Shown here piece after piece: positions 40,523 to 53,391 of a stretch of 64,000 bases of DNA. The number at the start of each line of letters is the position of its first letter. Position 1 is the first letter of the stretch. The stretch covers positions 106,082,001 through 106,146,000 of the forward strand of contig NC_043005.1 of NCBI RefSeq assembly GCF_006345805.1, in the 5' to 3' direction. The position numbers and the translations under genes were made by a program. The notes under the pieces were generated by a model. That model made no database searches, had not been told where the DNA came from, and saw only the letters and a program-made list of their open reading frames with translations. The stretch is from Octopus sinensis (Eukaryota).

Positions 40523-40737
40523 CCCTTTAGAATTCAGATTACTTTGCCAAATGTGATGCTTAATCACATTGCTTTGAATTAATCATGGAATATTTTATAG
40601 CTTTGCGGTTTCATTAATGTTATTGTTTATATTCAGAATGACATTGTAGGGTGGATGTGAGAGGTCAGATATGGCCAATTTAACATATAACAGGAAGAAT
40701 ATTTGGGATGGATATGGCTGGTTTAAATGCTAAAAGG
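40523..40737. mobile_element. piggyBac-type MITE
   Basis: TTAA|CCCTTTAGAATT ... AATGCTAAAAGG|TTAT: a TTAA target with one decayed side. Confidence 0.7.
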
Positions 40738-41269
40738 TTATGGTAACCTTGTAGAACATGTAGATACTTCCACAATGACTTGTACATTTTTAGCAACTGT
40801 ACAAAAAAAGAGGGATTTCTATAACCAGCAGGTATTTTTGAAGAAGGAATATATATAGTGACTGAAATGTACAGGAGTAACAAAGCAGGTGCACTGTCTT
40901 ATTGAGGTAGGGAAAATCTCCCCAGAATGCACAATAAGGATAAATTTTTAAATTAGAGAAGTTACAGGAACATATAAGAAGACGGAAGCAAGTGTGGTTC
41001 CATAAAATGAAAAAGAAAAAAAAAATGTTTTATCAGCAACTATTAAAAAAATCTACCCAGATTAATATCCTGGGGTAGATATTAAGTTAGAGAACCTAAA
41101 ATAGCTAAGAGTGATTTATGTGATATCGAGACATATGAACCACAAAAGGCACATTCTAATTGCAGTGTTTATTCACTGAGAGCGTTCTATAATTAATTAG
41201 AAACATCAATAAAATTTTGGGGTATGTGTATATGTATGTATATACATACCTATGTATACTTGCATATGC

Positions 41270-41381
<112 letters not shown>

Positions 41382-42240
41382 TACACAAACACAAACATAT
41401 CAATTGATGTACAATGAAATAAAGGCGAGGGAATTTATCAAATGAAGTATCAAAATGATATTCAGCCATTTCTTCAACCAGTAAAAATATATATTCCTTT
41501 CCGTGTAAGTATTAATCCCATCTTTTGAAAACGACTGTTTTGACCCTTAAGTTGTGCGATTTGATCCTTCATAAATGTACACTTTTTACATTCAGAAAAT
41601 GAACATTTGACTAACAGAAAATGTGCATTTTGATCTCTGGAATAAAATATACCTTTTCATCACTGGAAAATAGATGCACATTTCCATCTAACCCCTAAAA
41701 GATCAAATCCCTCCATATAAATATTCACGGGTATTCTTATTATGCAGATTTGAACTTTCTCCATAAACTTGCAGCAATGGTTTGCTTCTAAAATATATTA
41801 ACTTTCCTTGTTGTTAATATCTAATATACATATTTTTACGCATAACCTCAGCCTTCTATATTGCTCTTTTTTCCTCAGAAATCTACAATACGCGCTCTCA
41901 CCAAAAGTAAATAGTGTCTTTGTTATGGCTGCAGCTGTTTAAGTAAAATAATGTTGCAAGCTATTAGCTAAAGGATTGAGAATTTGTATCTTGCATCACA
42001 TTTATTGCTGATACACGTAGTTCTCAATAGCTCATGCGAACAGTTAATAGGCATAATGATGAGGTACAATTTAACACCATAAGTAAAGCAATGTGTATTT
42101 TACAAATATATTATTAGATTTCATTCTAATTTTCTGTTTCCTGCATGATCTGTTAGTTATGGCGTTTGCTTGGTTAATTCATCTTTAAAATATTACAGTA
42201 AGGGGTAAAGAAGTTAGCTTGGTTAATTTGCCTTAAGCAT

Positions 42241-42359
42241 CAACATCATCATTGTTCGACCGTGGTCGAGACAATGGAATTTACCATGCTACGCCAGACT
42301 TCATGGCATTACGGAGGTCCTGCTGTTGCTGGATGCCTGTACCCCTGGATACTCATATC
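42241..42359 (-). mobile_element. Extremely 5'-truncated RTE-like LINE (~110 bp) with 10-bp TSD
   Basis: Minus strand reads TGIQQQQDLRNAM/EVWRSMVNSIVSTTVEQ* followed by (GAT)n. Direct repeat ccttaagcat at 42231-42240 and 42360-42369. Confidence 0.7.
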
Positions 42360-42931
42360 CCTTAAGCATACTCATCCTGATAGTTTGGTTAACCCATCGT
42401 AAATATACTGATGACAACATAAGGTAACAGAGTTGCTTGGTTAACCCGATTTAAGCATACCATGCTATCTACAAACTATTGAAGGACCCTTGAGTTCAGC
42501 ATGATAATCCTACCATAAAAACAAAAGAGCTGTTTGAGTATCATATGACCAGCAAGCTTTCCTCCATCAGTTTCGAATTTCCTACTGAGTCTCCTGTTCC
42601 ATTATCAATACAATCTCAACCAACTTTTGAGAATATTTTTCTTATTCATTTCGTCTCAAACAAAAATGCCACAATCAAAATGTTCCAAGCAAAGCTGAGC
42701 ACCAATTCCTTCAAATTCACTTCATGGGAGATACCACTGAGCAAACGCCTTGCTGAGCTCAGGTGGCACCTGGTACAAAGTGAAAAAAATACCACCAAAG
42801 CAACTTAAACCATCCAAAGTACATACATAAGTTTGTATATATGTGTGTATGTATGTATATATTATGACAGAAATAACTACATGTGGGGATATATACATAT
42901 GTGTGTGGGTGTATATATATATATATATACA

Positions 42932-43112
42932 CATTTTTTTCTCCTCTGTCTTCCCTTCTCTGGATCTTTCCTTCTCCTATGTTTCCGAGGAAGAGCTCCG
43001 CTTGAAACGTTAAACCCTCCTTCTTTCCTTCTTTCCTGAGCGTCCAATAATACTATATTTGTTCCACGTCCTCGTGTTGTTGTGTTTTTTTGTGCTTTCT
43101 TGTTTGGATTAA
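42932..43112 (+). mobile_element. Short element with a minimal hammerhead-like motif (42981-43015), in (TA)n
   Basis: gttt-CCGAGGA-a-gagc-tcc-gctt-GAAAC-GTT-aaac. Stems I and II are paired, stem III is palindromic AACGTT, and there is one core mismatch (U4C). Confidence 0.65.
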
Positions 43113-43115
43113 CTA

Positions 43116-43148
<33 letters not shown>

Positions 43149-43305
43149 TATATATATATATATATATATGGCCTGCTCACTTAGCCTGCGGGGTGGCGTC
43201 ATTTGAAGGCTAAAACAGTGTGAAGGTTATTGTGACCAGCAATGTTTAGCAACATTTGATGGCCTGATCAATCACGGTGATCACGGTGATATATATATAT
43301 ATATC

Positions 43306-43496
43306 ATGTGACAATTATTCAGTAGCCATGATAAAACTCTGAGTTTCGGATGCCGAGGTGGAAATCCACACCCCCATCTCTTCAGTTATCCGGCCATCAG
43401 AAAAAATGCCAGAGAACTGAAGAGATGGCAGCGTGGATTTACACCCCGACATCTGAAACTCAGAGTTTTATCATGGCTAGCGAATAATTGTCACAT
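43306..43496. mobile_element. Fold-back MITE (191 bp)
   Basis: ~80-bp inverted arms ATGTGACAATTATTC...CTCTTCAGTT / AACTGAAGAG...GAATAATTGTCACAT around a ~27-nt loop. Confidence 0.9.
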
Positions 43497-43602
43497 ATTA
43501 CATTTACAGATAAATTCATCTATTTACATAATATCGAAGTCTCTTTCATTCTTTTGTTGTTTTACCATTTTTATCAATATATATATATATATATATACAC
43601 AC

Positions 43603-43635
<33 letters not shown>

Positions 43636-44623
43636 TCAGATATATAGTAACTTATAACATATTTAAAGAAAAACTTTATTTTGAAAATAATAACTTTTTA
43701 ATTGTAATTTGAATGCAGAATGAAGTGAAATGAGGTGGAGGCCTTTGTGTGCAATACACTCATGGATGCTTATAGTGTTTTAGAGTCAAAACACAAAACC
43801 ATATATGGTATATAATTACATTATATTTGGAATTAAAAATGAAAGCCATGTCAAGCAATATGTAAACTGTAGGAACAAGTGATTACATCCAACAACCTGT
43901 AGGCGTCAGCCTGGTTAAGTTATTCATTTCTTCATTATAATTTAGCTTTATAACTGACTCTCTTTTCTCTCGGATTACAAAGTTTAGACATCAATTATGT
44001 GTGAGACAAGTGATTAAAAGAATTATAATGCATATGATTATACGTGTGATTAAAACACATTTAGTCTTTCTCTAGTGGAGCAATTTGTGTTTCAAATATT
44101 ACAAATTGGTGGAAGAGTACATGTCAGTTAGTTCGACACTAAACCAACCTTGACTTATATAAACTTCTAAATGTTTTGAATCTTTGATTGTTTATTTGTC
44201 TCACAGAAAGAGAGAAAGAGAGAGGGGAGAGAGAGACTTGATGTTTTTAACCACTGTATTGAAGGTGATGTTTGGGACCAACTACTTGTTATGTGTCTAT
44301 TTTCATTTGAATGTAGGTTGTTCTGTATGTTTAAGAAAGTTACTTTATAACCAAATAGATTCTAGTTCAGTCCCACAACACAGAACTTTGTGCAGTTTTC
44401 TTCTACCACTGCCTCAGATTGACCAAAACTTTGCAGGGGGAAATTTGATTGATAGAAACTATATAAAAGTTAAGTTGTGAGGCTGAGTCTGTCTTGGGTG
44501 ATAGATTTAATCCATCGTCTGTATTAACTCTGTCGCTTCTAGTCTGTGCATACTTTGAGCAGATCTTTCTCTGTTGTATGCATTCAGACCTGCCTTCTGT
44601 TTTTGTGCTAACTACATACACAT

Positions 44624-44656
<33 letters not shown>

Positions 44657-45331
44657 ATCTTCCCTTCTTCGCACACTTAATCCAAGGTGGGTCATGGCGG
44701 TAGAGTCTTCAAGCACACCTAATACCAGATTCCGTCAGAAACAACTGCTTCCAATTGAACCCATGGATGCTATCCAACCATCTTCCTCATGGTTACAAAT
44801 TGCTCCTCTAGAGTGAGGCTGACGAAATATTCTCATTGTGACAGGTTTTCAGGAAATCATGGGATTATGGTCAAGTGGTGTATGCTTCCTTCAGAGGTCT
44901 CAAAAAGACATATGACTGTACTCCATAAGACATGTAGCGGAAGGTTCTGCAGGGGTATGAGATTGATGGAGAATTTCTTATTGTCATGAAGTTCCGGTAT
45001 AAATACCCCAGTATGAATATGCATGTGTGTGTGCACATATGTACATACATATATATCACCTGCTGTTACTTGCAGCTGAGTGCAACTGGGAATCATGTTC
45101 TATGGTTGCCTTTTTGCTAATTCTTTTAGTGGCCATGTAGCTCTGAGGAGACATAGAAATCCCCTCAACATTCTCAGCTCTTTACCCAGTGGCGCATTCA
45201 GGTTGGGGTAACAAGAGATTCAGAGGACTGCAGCAGTACATGGTTGGGGCTCATTTACATTGAGTAGAGGAAACATGAAATGAACCCAGGTTCTTTCATT
45301 AGTGAACTGAATAAGTCAACCATCATTATAT

Positions 45332-45499
45332 ATCATCATCATCATCATCATCGTTTAACGTCCGTTCTCCATGCTAGCATGGGTTGGACGGTTCGACCGG
45401 GGTTCTGGGAAGCCAGAAGGCTGCACCAGGCTCCAGTCTAATCTGGCAATGTTTCTACAGCTGGATGCCCTTCCTAACGCCAACCACTCCATGAGTGTA

Positions 45500-45536
<37 letters not shown>

Positions 45537-45727
45537 GATACATACATACATATATAGATATACTTTCGGAGTGGTTGGCATTAGGAAGGGCATCCAGCTA
45601 TAGAAACTCTGTCAGATCAAGATTGGAGCCTGGTGCAATCATCTGGTTCACCAGCCCTCAGTCAAAATCGTCCAACCCATGCTAGCATGGAAAGCGGACG
45701 TTAAACGATGATGATGATGATGATGAT
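45332..45727. mobile_element. Two family B 3' fragments in inverted orientation around (TA)n
   Basis: 45332-45500 (minus) and 45562-45727 (plus); both end near AACCACTCC. Confidence 0.9.
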
Positions 45728-45761
45728 ATATATATATATATATATAAATATAAATATAAAT

Positions 45762-45978
45762 AAGGTGTGCTGGCAAAATTGTTAGCATGCTGGGCAAAAT
45801 GGTTAGTAGCTTTATGTCTGTCTTTATGTTCTGAGTTCAAATTCTGCCTATGTTGACTTTGCCTGTCATCCTTTCAAGGTTGATAAATTGAGTACTTGTG
45901 AAGTACTGGGGTCGATGTAATCGACTAGTCTCCTCCCCTAAAATTCCAGGCCTTGTGCCTACAGTAGAAAGGATTATA
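45762..45978 (+). mobile_element. SINE family A
   Basis: GCTGGCAAAATTGTTAGC...GGCCTTGTGCCTACAGTAGAAAGGATTAT. Confidence 0.85.
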
Positions 45979-46011
45979 TACATATATATATTTATATAAT
46001 TAATATAAACA

Positions 46012-46415
46012 GTGCAGGAGTGGCTGTGTGGTAAGTAGCTTGCTTACCAACCACATGGTTCTGGGTTCAGTCCCACTGCGTGGCATCTTGGGCAAGTGTC
46101 TTCTGCTATAGCCTCAGGCCGACCAATGCCTTGTGATTGGATTTGGTAGACGGAAACTGAAAGAAGCCTGTCGTATATATGTATATGTATGTATGTATGT
46201 GTATGTATATGTTTGTGTGTCTGTGTTTGTACCTAGCATTGCTTGACAACCGATGGTGGTGTGTTTATGTCCCCGTCACTTAGCGGTTCGGCAAAAGAGA
46301 CTGATAGAATAAGTACTGGGCTTACAAAGAATAAGTCCCGGGGTCGATTTGCTCGACTAAGGGCGGTGCTCCAGCATGGCCGCAGTCAAATGACTGAAAC
46401 AAGTAAATAGAGAGA
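46012..46415 (+). mobile_element. SINE family D, full length
   Basis: Head-to-tail match to the family. Confidence 0.9.
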
Positions 46416-47493
46416 GCTAAGCGCAATATGATACCATAAAGGAAAAATGTTCAAAATTTAGGTTAGTAACAAAACGAATAAAATAAATAAATAAATAAAT
46501 AAATAAAATACTTGCCTACATGAGAAACAACTCCTGACATGATTGCTCCAAAATTAAGGACATGACATTTTATCCGATCATTAAACATACAAATCTGTAC
46601 AAATTATTTTGCTCCAGTAATTAACAGTTCATAACAATTTACATTTAAATTAAACTTGCTTTCATGACTTCTTTCCAATCTTTATTGTTTGCCACTTGTC
46701 TTTCTAGAATTCTCTAGCTAATAATTCTTTTTATCTATTTCTAATCCAATTCCTTTCTCACCTTACATATTGATTTCACGTTTCACGGCAAAGATACTGA
46801 CAAGGAAGGTGTTTATAAATATACTTAATAACAGATAAATGGAAAATAATGATGTTATATGATGGTAAAAATAAGAAAATCTACCCCAAAATCCACTTAA
46901 CTGCTGATGATACCTGTATATACTATTGTGCAATATATGCGAATGTGCTCACATTTTCATTAAATTTGTATTTATGATCTGTTGGAGTAGGGTTGACTTC
47001 TCAAAATTAACTGACAGTATTTTTATTTCATATTCTTTGATACATTTCCAGTCTTTAAGAGACATCTTCAGTTTACTGGACAAGATCAGGATCAACTTCA
47101 GGGTCATTCCCTAAAAAAGACTTTGGACCTTGCAAGATTTGTATCAGTGTTTATTTTCTTCAAAGAAGGGCCCTGATCGAAATATCAGAACTCACTTCTC
47201 CTCTCTGAAATTGTCTTATTAATTTTATAAAATGCTTGGGTTTTTATGTCAGTATAGACCAATGCTAGTTTCTTTTATTTCTAGTGTTTTATGTCAGTGT
47301 AGCCCATCTCTAGCTGCCTAAAATCGTATTTTTTCTTTGTCTGTTTACATTTTGGCTTTCTTTTATTCAATTTCATTATTTGCTTCATTAAGATTTTATA
47401 TCATTTAAATTTTGTTTGGTCCCTTCCCTGGTGTCAAATTTTTCTATGCATTTCAAGTCTTGAAACCTTGCTTGTGAACCCAGAAGAGCACAG

Positions 47494-47897
47494 ATTATAA
47501 AAAATCTCTTTTGGCTGTTCATGTCCATTCCATGGTAGAAGCATTGTTTCTTGATGGTAACACAATCTACGATGATGACAGTAGGCCAATCTATGATGAC
47601 GACAGTAGGACAATCTACTTGGCTGATATTCAAAATTGATATGAAGAGCACAAAAGTGAAGTAGACCACTTGGATTGCCTCCAGAAATCACTGGATCTTA
47701 TTATAATCGAGCATTTTGGAGCAGCAAGTGTGTGGGGACTGCTTCCTTCTGCCATCACCACTGAGAAGGCTGAAGAAGTTTACATTTGAAGAATGGCTCA
47801 AAATTCTTGAACAACTAGTCAGAGCCTGTATGAGTCAATTCTTCAAATTATCAAAGTTATAATCAATGAAAAAGGTGGACCAACTCCATATTAAATA
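47494..47897 (+). pseudogene. Tc1-family transposase C-terminal remnant
   Basis: HVHSMVEALFLDGNTIYDDDSRPI...YEEHKSEVDHLDCLQKSLDLIIIEHF...SLYESILQIIKVIINEKGG aligns to the Tc1 pattern FQDDNAPIH...WP.QSPDLNIIEHLW...AKGGPT. Confidence 0.85.
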
Positions 47898-47904
47898 ACA
47901 GTTT

Positions 47905-48110
47905 CAAATTTTGGCACAAGGCCAGAAATTGTAGTGGAGGGGAAGGGCAATTACATCAACCTCAGTGCTCCACTGGTACCTATTTTATTGACCACAAAAG
48001 CATGAAAGGCAAAGTCAACCTTAGTGGAATTTGAATTCAGAGCATAAAAGCAGATGAAGTGCAGCTAAGCATTTTGTCCAGTATGCTAACAATTCTGCCA
48101 GCTCCCCACT
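47905..48110 (-). mobile_element. SINE family A, old copy
   Basis: GGCACAAGGCC tail and AAAGGCAAAGTCAACC core. Confidence 0.8.
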
Positions 48111-48581
48111 TCATACTAAATAATAAAATTATCATCAGACAAGGTGTTTCCATTATTCTGTCTACCTCTGTATCTATCTTTAATATTCAATGTGGCTGTC
48201 AGTCTATTTATCTATTTGTCTGCCATTCCACATATCTGCCTATTTATCCAACCTTAAATGAGACAATATATATATCTATATATCTATTTACCTGGCTGTG
48301 TATTTAAATGTCTAGGTGTGTATCTATTCACTTATTTATGCAAATGTATGTTTAATTATGGATATATCTATTTACATCTTCCTGTCTAAAACTGGTATTT
48401 TATCTTCATTTCTATCTGCGTCTGTCTGTATTTTTGTCTATTTAATTATAAGTGTTGATTTGAAAATTAATAGACAAATTTAAGCGTTTACTGATATATC
48501 TAACATTATAATTAACATTGAAAAGTGTGTGAAATTAAGAATTCAAGGATTCAGAAATTTAGAAATTAAAATGAAAGTATA

Positions 48582-48631
<50 letters not shown>

Positions 48632-48818
48632 AATACTTAACAAATGATTTGAAAGAAATTATGAAAATTAGAGGGTAATTGTCAAATCGGTAAGGAGTTG
48701 GGGAGCATGGTGAATAATTATTGTAAAAGTAAATCTGGAAATGGGAACAGGAATAGTAATAAAATCAAAATATAATAATGAAAAATATAAAAAAATATAA
48801 CTAATGTGTATATATGCA

Positions 48819-48849
<31 letters not shown>

Positions 48850-48858
48850 ATATGTATA

Positions 48859-50940
48859 TCTTAATATATAAAACAGTTTGTGTTTGTGCATGTGTATGCA
48901 TGTGTGTTTGTGTGTGTGTGCACACATGTTTCTTATGCATTCAAAAACTTTGTTACCGATTTTGACATATGGAGTATCAAAAGATCCAGTAATCTTTTGG
49001 GTTATCAAATAAGCTTTATTTTCATTTACTAATTTGCATTACAAAAATTTAACATTATAATCTTTCCATAAGTTAACTACTGTAAACGACATTTTATACC
49101 ACCCCCACTATGACGACGACATTACATTTTCTGTGTCTGTGAGTGAGTGTGTGTTTGAGTGTTCATTACATGTGTTAGGCCGATGACTGAAAAGTATATG
49201 TGTATGAGTGTATGTGAAACTATGTTTATGTGAGTATACATACATTTTTGTGATGACTCATACACACACACACACATACATACATCTAAAAACAGACACA
49301 GACACACAGAGGGACAGAGATAGGCCTCAGGTGTGCATGAATGTATGTCTGTGTGTGTCTTTCTTAGTATATGTATGTGAGTGTATGTCAGAATGTATAT
49401 GTTTGCAAATGTATGTTTGATTATTAAACACACACACACAACTACACATACATATACATATGTGAATGAGTGTGTATGTGTCTGTGAGTGTGTGTATGTT
49501 TGCGCATTCATTACATCTATAGTAAACTATAGTAAAGGACATTTTACACCATTTTAATGAGCCCACATCTAATGAAGTAGCCATCCTTATGATAGGTGAT
49601 CCCCATGAAAATCATGATATTCTCATCTGTGCTCGAGATAATAACCTTAAATGTGTTTCAGAGACTCTTATGATGCTCTCCAGTATCCTCTTATTTTGTG
49701 GAATGGACAAGATGGGTATCATTTCAATATTCTACAGATTGAACCTGCAACAGGAGAGCTAATTACAAACAAAAAAGGTATTGTCAAATGACTTCTATTC
49801 TTACCAACCGATGTTAAAACCAGAACAATCAAATCAATTATACATGTACTGTGATCTATTTCAGCAAATACCTGGTTGATATTTATGCTAAAGTTGAGAG
49901 TCAACATCTCATCTACATTCGTAACAATTAAATTCAGTTAAGGGCTAAAAATTATGTTCATCTCCAAGATGCTCTGAGGACAGATGGTGATATTCAAAAC
50001 ATGGGGCAACTTATAATCCTCCCATTATCATTCACAGGTGGTCCTCGATTTATGCATGAATGAACACGAGGCACTATGACATATGTTAGGACATATGGAA
50101 AAACAAGATCTTTTTCTCAATTCCACCTGCAAATCCTAAATGGCAGAAAATAAAATCTAACCTTCTTTCAATGTTGCATCTTCTGATATTGCAGCTACCT
50201 TCCTCAATGGGGGAAGAACTGCTCATTTCATGTTCAAGGACCCTCTAAACCTTGCAATGAAAGAATCTCAAATGTGCAACATTTCCCAAAACTCTACAAT
50301 GGTAACAATTCTCCAACAACCTTGCCTCATTGTTTGGAATGATGACACAATGTTACATCGTGGAGCTTTAGAGATACTTGACCATACCCTCCAAGTCATA
50401 AAAAACAATAGAATGTCATTGGAGGAGTAACTTCAAACATTGCCAGTTATCTCAAAAGGATCAAAAGCTGATGAGGTCAATGCATGCTCAGAAAATCGTA
50501 CCTTTGGGGCCATGTGAAAAAACTTCATCTTACAAGCCACATCAGAGAATTTCTACAAGGTGATCATGCGAGCTTCTTAAGATTGGTAATGGGATATTAA
50601 CATTCAACTCAAGACTTCAGCTACATGAAATTACATGCGGCCAAATGATGTTTTATCTTAGAGATCTTATGGATAAAGTATTTCCTAATTTATCTGTCAA
50701 TTACACTGATGTAAACTGGTAATGTGAAAAAGTTACACTAGCTCCATAATATGATAAATGGTGTAAAATAATGAACTTTTTCAAAAGTTAACAGATACAT
50801 CAGAAATTACTTTTTGATCCACTGACAACAGTCAATCAAGATCAGGGTGCTTAATACCCTGTTGAATTTCTGAATACACTTAAACACACTGGGATGCCAC
50901 CACATAACTTGACCCTAAAACAGGGTGCTCCCATTAAATG
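48859..50940 (+). mobile_element. Decayed, internally deleted Helitron (Rep plus PIF1 helicase remnants)
   Basis: 5' end a|TCTTAATATATAAAA. From 49550 the translation reads FNEPTSNEVAIL...YDALQYPLI...LPLSFTGGPRFMHE...YVRTYG...NPKW, fused near 50169 to VASSDIAATFLNGGRTAH...LIVWNDDTM...ADEVNAC...YPVEFLNTL...GMPPHNLTLKQGAP. Confidence 0.9.
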
Positions 50941-51572
50941 GATTGGGTTGCTCATATTCAATCCACACAAAACAAAGGCCTTAGCATGTTCTCTCCATCA
51001 ACCACAATCCATTGTGGAGGCTGTGAATTTGAGCTTGAGATTATACTGGTTTGATGAGCCTGCACTGCAACACTGGCTCAACATGACTTGGCAGAGCAGT
51101 GCAGTTTTTATACTCACACACATGAAGGCTTTTGTAAAACACATTTTTGTTCATGATCTGTTTGTATAAATATCCAGGTATTTAATGTGTCTGTAGCTGG
51201 ATTGACTAATGAGATCAATCTTTATGCTGGCACTTTGAGACCAGCTCACACTTATTTAATAGTATTAAAGCTTTGTTAGAGCATTATATTTGTCTGCTAA
51301 GCAGATTTGGCATCTGTGGTTTATGAAGGAATTTGTGGTATGCATGTAAACTAGAGAAATACCTATTCATTCGACAGAAAGATTTTCTTTATAATTTTCA
51401 GAAACAACATTTAAATGACTTTGAAGCATTTTGTACAACTGTAAGATATTTATTTACATAAAATAATATACACTTACATTTCCTTTCACTGAATTTTTTA
51501 ATGTTAGATGAAGCATTCTCAGATATAACTATGAATCACAAATTATATGTATATATATATATATATATATAC

Positions 51573-51604
<32 letters not shown>

Positions 51605-51610
51605 ATATAA

Positions 51611-51975
51611 GGGTATCATAGGGTGCAGAGAGCACCATCCGAGCATGATCGTTGCCAGAGCGGCTAACTGGCTTCCATGCCTGTGGCATGTAGGAGGCAC
51701 ATTCGAGCGGGATCATTAACAGCATCGCCTTACTGGCACCTGTGCCGCTGGCATGAGTAAAAAATTCGAGCGAGGTCGTTGCCAGCACCGCCTCACTGGT
51801 CCCCTGTGCTGATGGCACGTAAAAGCACCCACTACACTCTCGGAGTGGTTGGTGTTAGGAAGGGCATCCAGCTGTAGAAACTCTGCCTGGTGCAGCCATC
51901 CGGTTCATCTGCCCACAGTCAAACCGTCCAACCCATGCTAGCATGGAAAGCGGACGTTAAATGATGATGATGATG
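51611..51975 (+). mobile_element. Family B element
   Basis: Internal repeat units, GGAAGGGCATCCAGCTGTAGAAAC core, and GTTAAATGATGATG tail. Confidence 0.85.
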
Positions 51976-52705
51976 TTATATACATATATATATTTAACAT
52001 TTATTTCTTTTATTAGTTTCATGTATTAAACTGCAACCATGCCAGGAAGCTGTCATCAAAGGCCTAGTTGATGGTACGACTCCCAATGCTTATTTTCTCC
52101 TAATACTTCTTTTATCAATATCTATTTGTTAAGCCATTAAGCTATGAGTCAAAAAGGCCACAGCATAAATGACACCAGTTTTAGAAAAGTGTAATAATAA
52201 ACATAGACATAGAAATACACACACACATACACACATATGCACATACACGTACACACACACACATGTGTGTGCATATACACATGACCAGATATTTATAGGA
52301 TTAGCTTCTGAAAAGTTTCTGTCTACCAAATTCCCATCTCCATTTATTGGTCAAACCCATGCAGTAGTAGAAAACACTTACCCAAGGAGTGGGGCAGTGG
52401 GTCCAAATACTGGATATATAAATAGAGAGAGAGAAGGGGGAAGGGAGAAAGACAAAGAGAAAGAGAGGCAATTATGTAGATAAACAAATTGGAATCTTTT
52501 GACCACTATGAAGTGTCTTCTATATTGAGAATCTCTGGATCTTATCTGTGAACTACACACACACACACACACACACACATGCGTTTCCTCCTCACTATCT
52601 CCTAATACCATTTTGACCCATCACAAACTTACTTATCCACTCAGCTTATTCAATCCTCTGTACCAGTTTACTTCCTTATACCTCTCTGTAACTTGAAGGT
52701 ATGCT

Positions 52706-52939
52706 GTAAGGCGGTGAGCTGGCAGAAACGTTAGCACTCCGGGCAAAATGCTTAGCAGTATTTCGTCTGCCATTACGTTCTGGGTTCAAATTCCACCGAG
52801 GTAAACTTTGCCTTTCATCCTTTCAGGGTCGATAAATTAAGTACCAGTTACGCACTGGGGTCGATGTAATCGACTTAATCCATTTGTCTGTCCTTGTTTG
52901 TTTCCTCTATGTTTAGCCCCTTGTAGGCAATAAAGAAAC
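52706..52939 (+). mobile_element. SINE family A, full length, 9-bp TSD
   Basis: TSD aggtatgct at 52697-52705 and 52940-52948. Confidence 0.9.
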
Positions 52940-53069
52940 AGGTATGCTCTACCACTTCTTTTCACCACTTTCCTTCTCTCTCCTCTCCTTGCTCTTTTTC
53001 TGACTGGGGTCACAACATATCTCCTCTACTGCAAAGCAATTTCTTTCATCACCTAGCACAAAGCCACTA

Positions 53070-53358
53070 ACTTAGTGGTTATGGTGTTGCACTCACTAGT
53101 GTGAGATCATGGGTTCAATTCTCAGACCAAGCATTGCATTGTGTTCTTGAGCAAAGCACTTCATTTCACGTTGCTCTGCAATCATTTCGTCATCTGACAT
53201 GTGGCACCCGTTACACCTGTACAGGTAATGTCGATTTGATGGAGGGAGTGAGCTTATCTGTGCACATACATTTGATCACTGTAATCAAATCTTCTGTTCG
53301 GTTGTTTGGCAAGAAATTACTGAACCCTTACACATCGTCTAATGACAGGAGAGTTCAT

Positions 53359-53360
<2 letters not shown>
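53070..53360 (+). mobile_element. tRNA-derived SINE, family E
   Basis: GGTTCAATTC B box and TTGAGCAAAGCACTTCATTTCACGTTGCTC core shared with family F; different 3' part. Confidence 0.7.
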
Positions 53361-53390
<30 letters not shown>

Positions 53391-53391
53391 C

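Noticed and set aside
44760-45010. mariner transposase remnant on the minus strand (LHDN...PLKEA)
   Set aside because: Only two short motifs in different frames; no recognisable YSPDLAP segment.
47156-47190. Decayed hammerhead (ttct-TCAAAGA-aggg...tc-GAAATATC-agaa)
   Set aside because: Stem I pairs, but the core has too many mismatches and stem II is poor. It cannot be distinguished from chance without a family consensus.
50468-50500. CTGATGAG...GAAA
   Set aside because: It lies inside Helitron helicase coding sequence (ADEVNAC) and has no stems.
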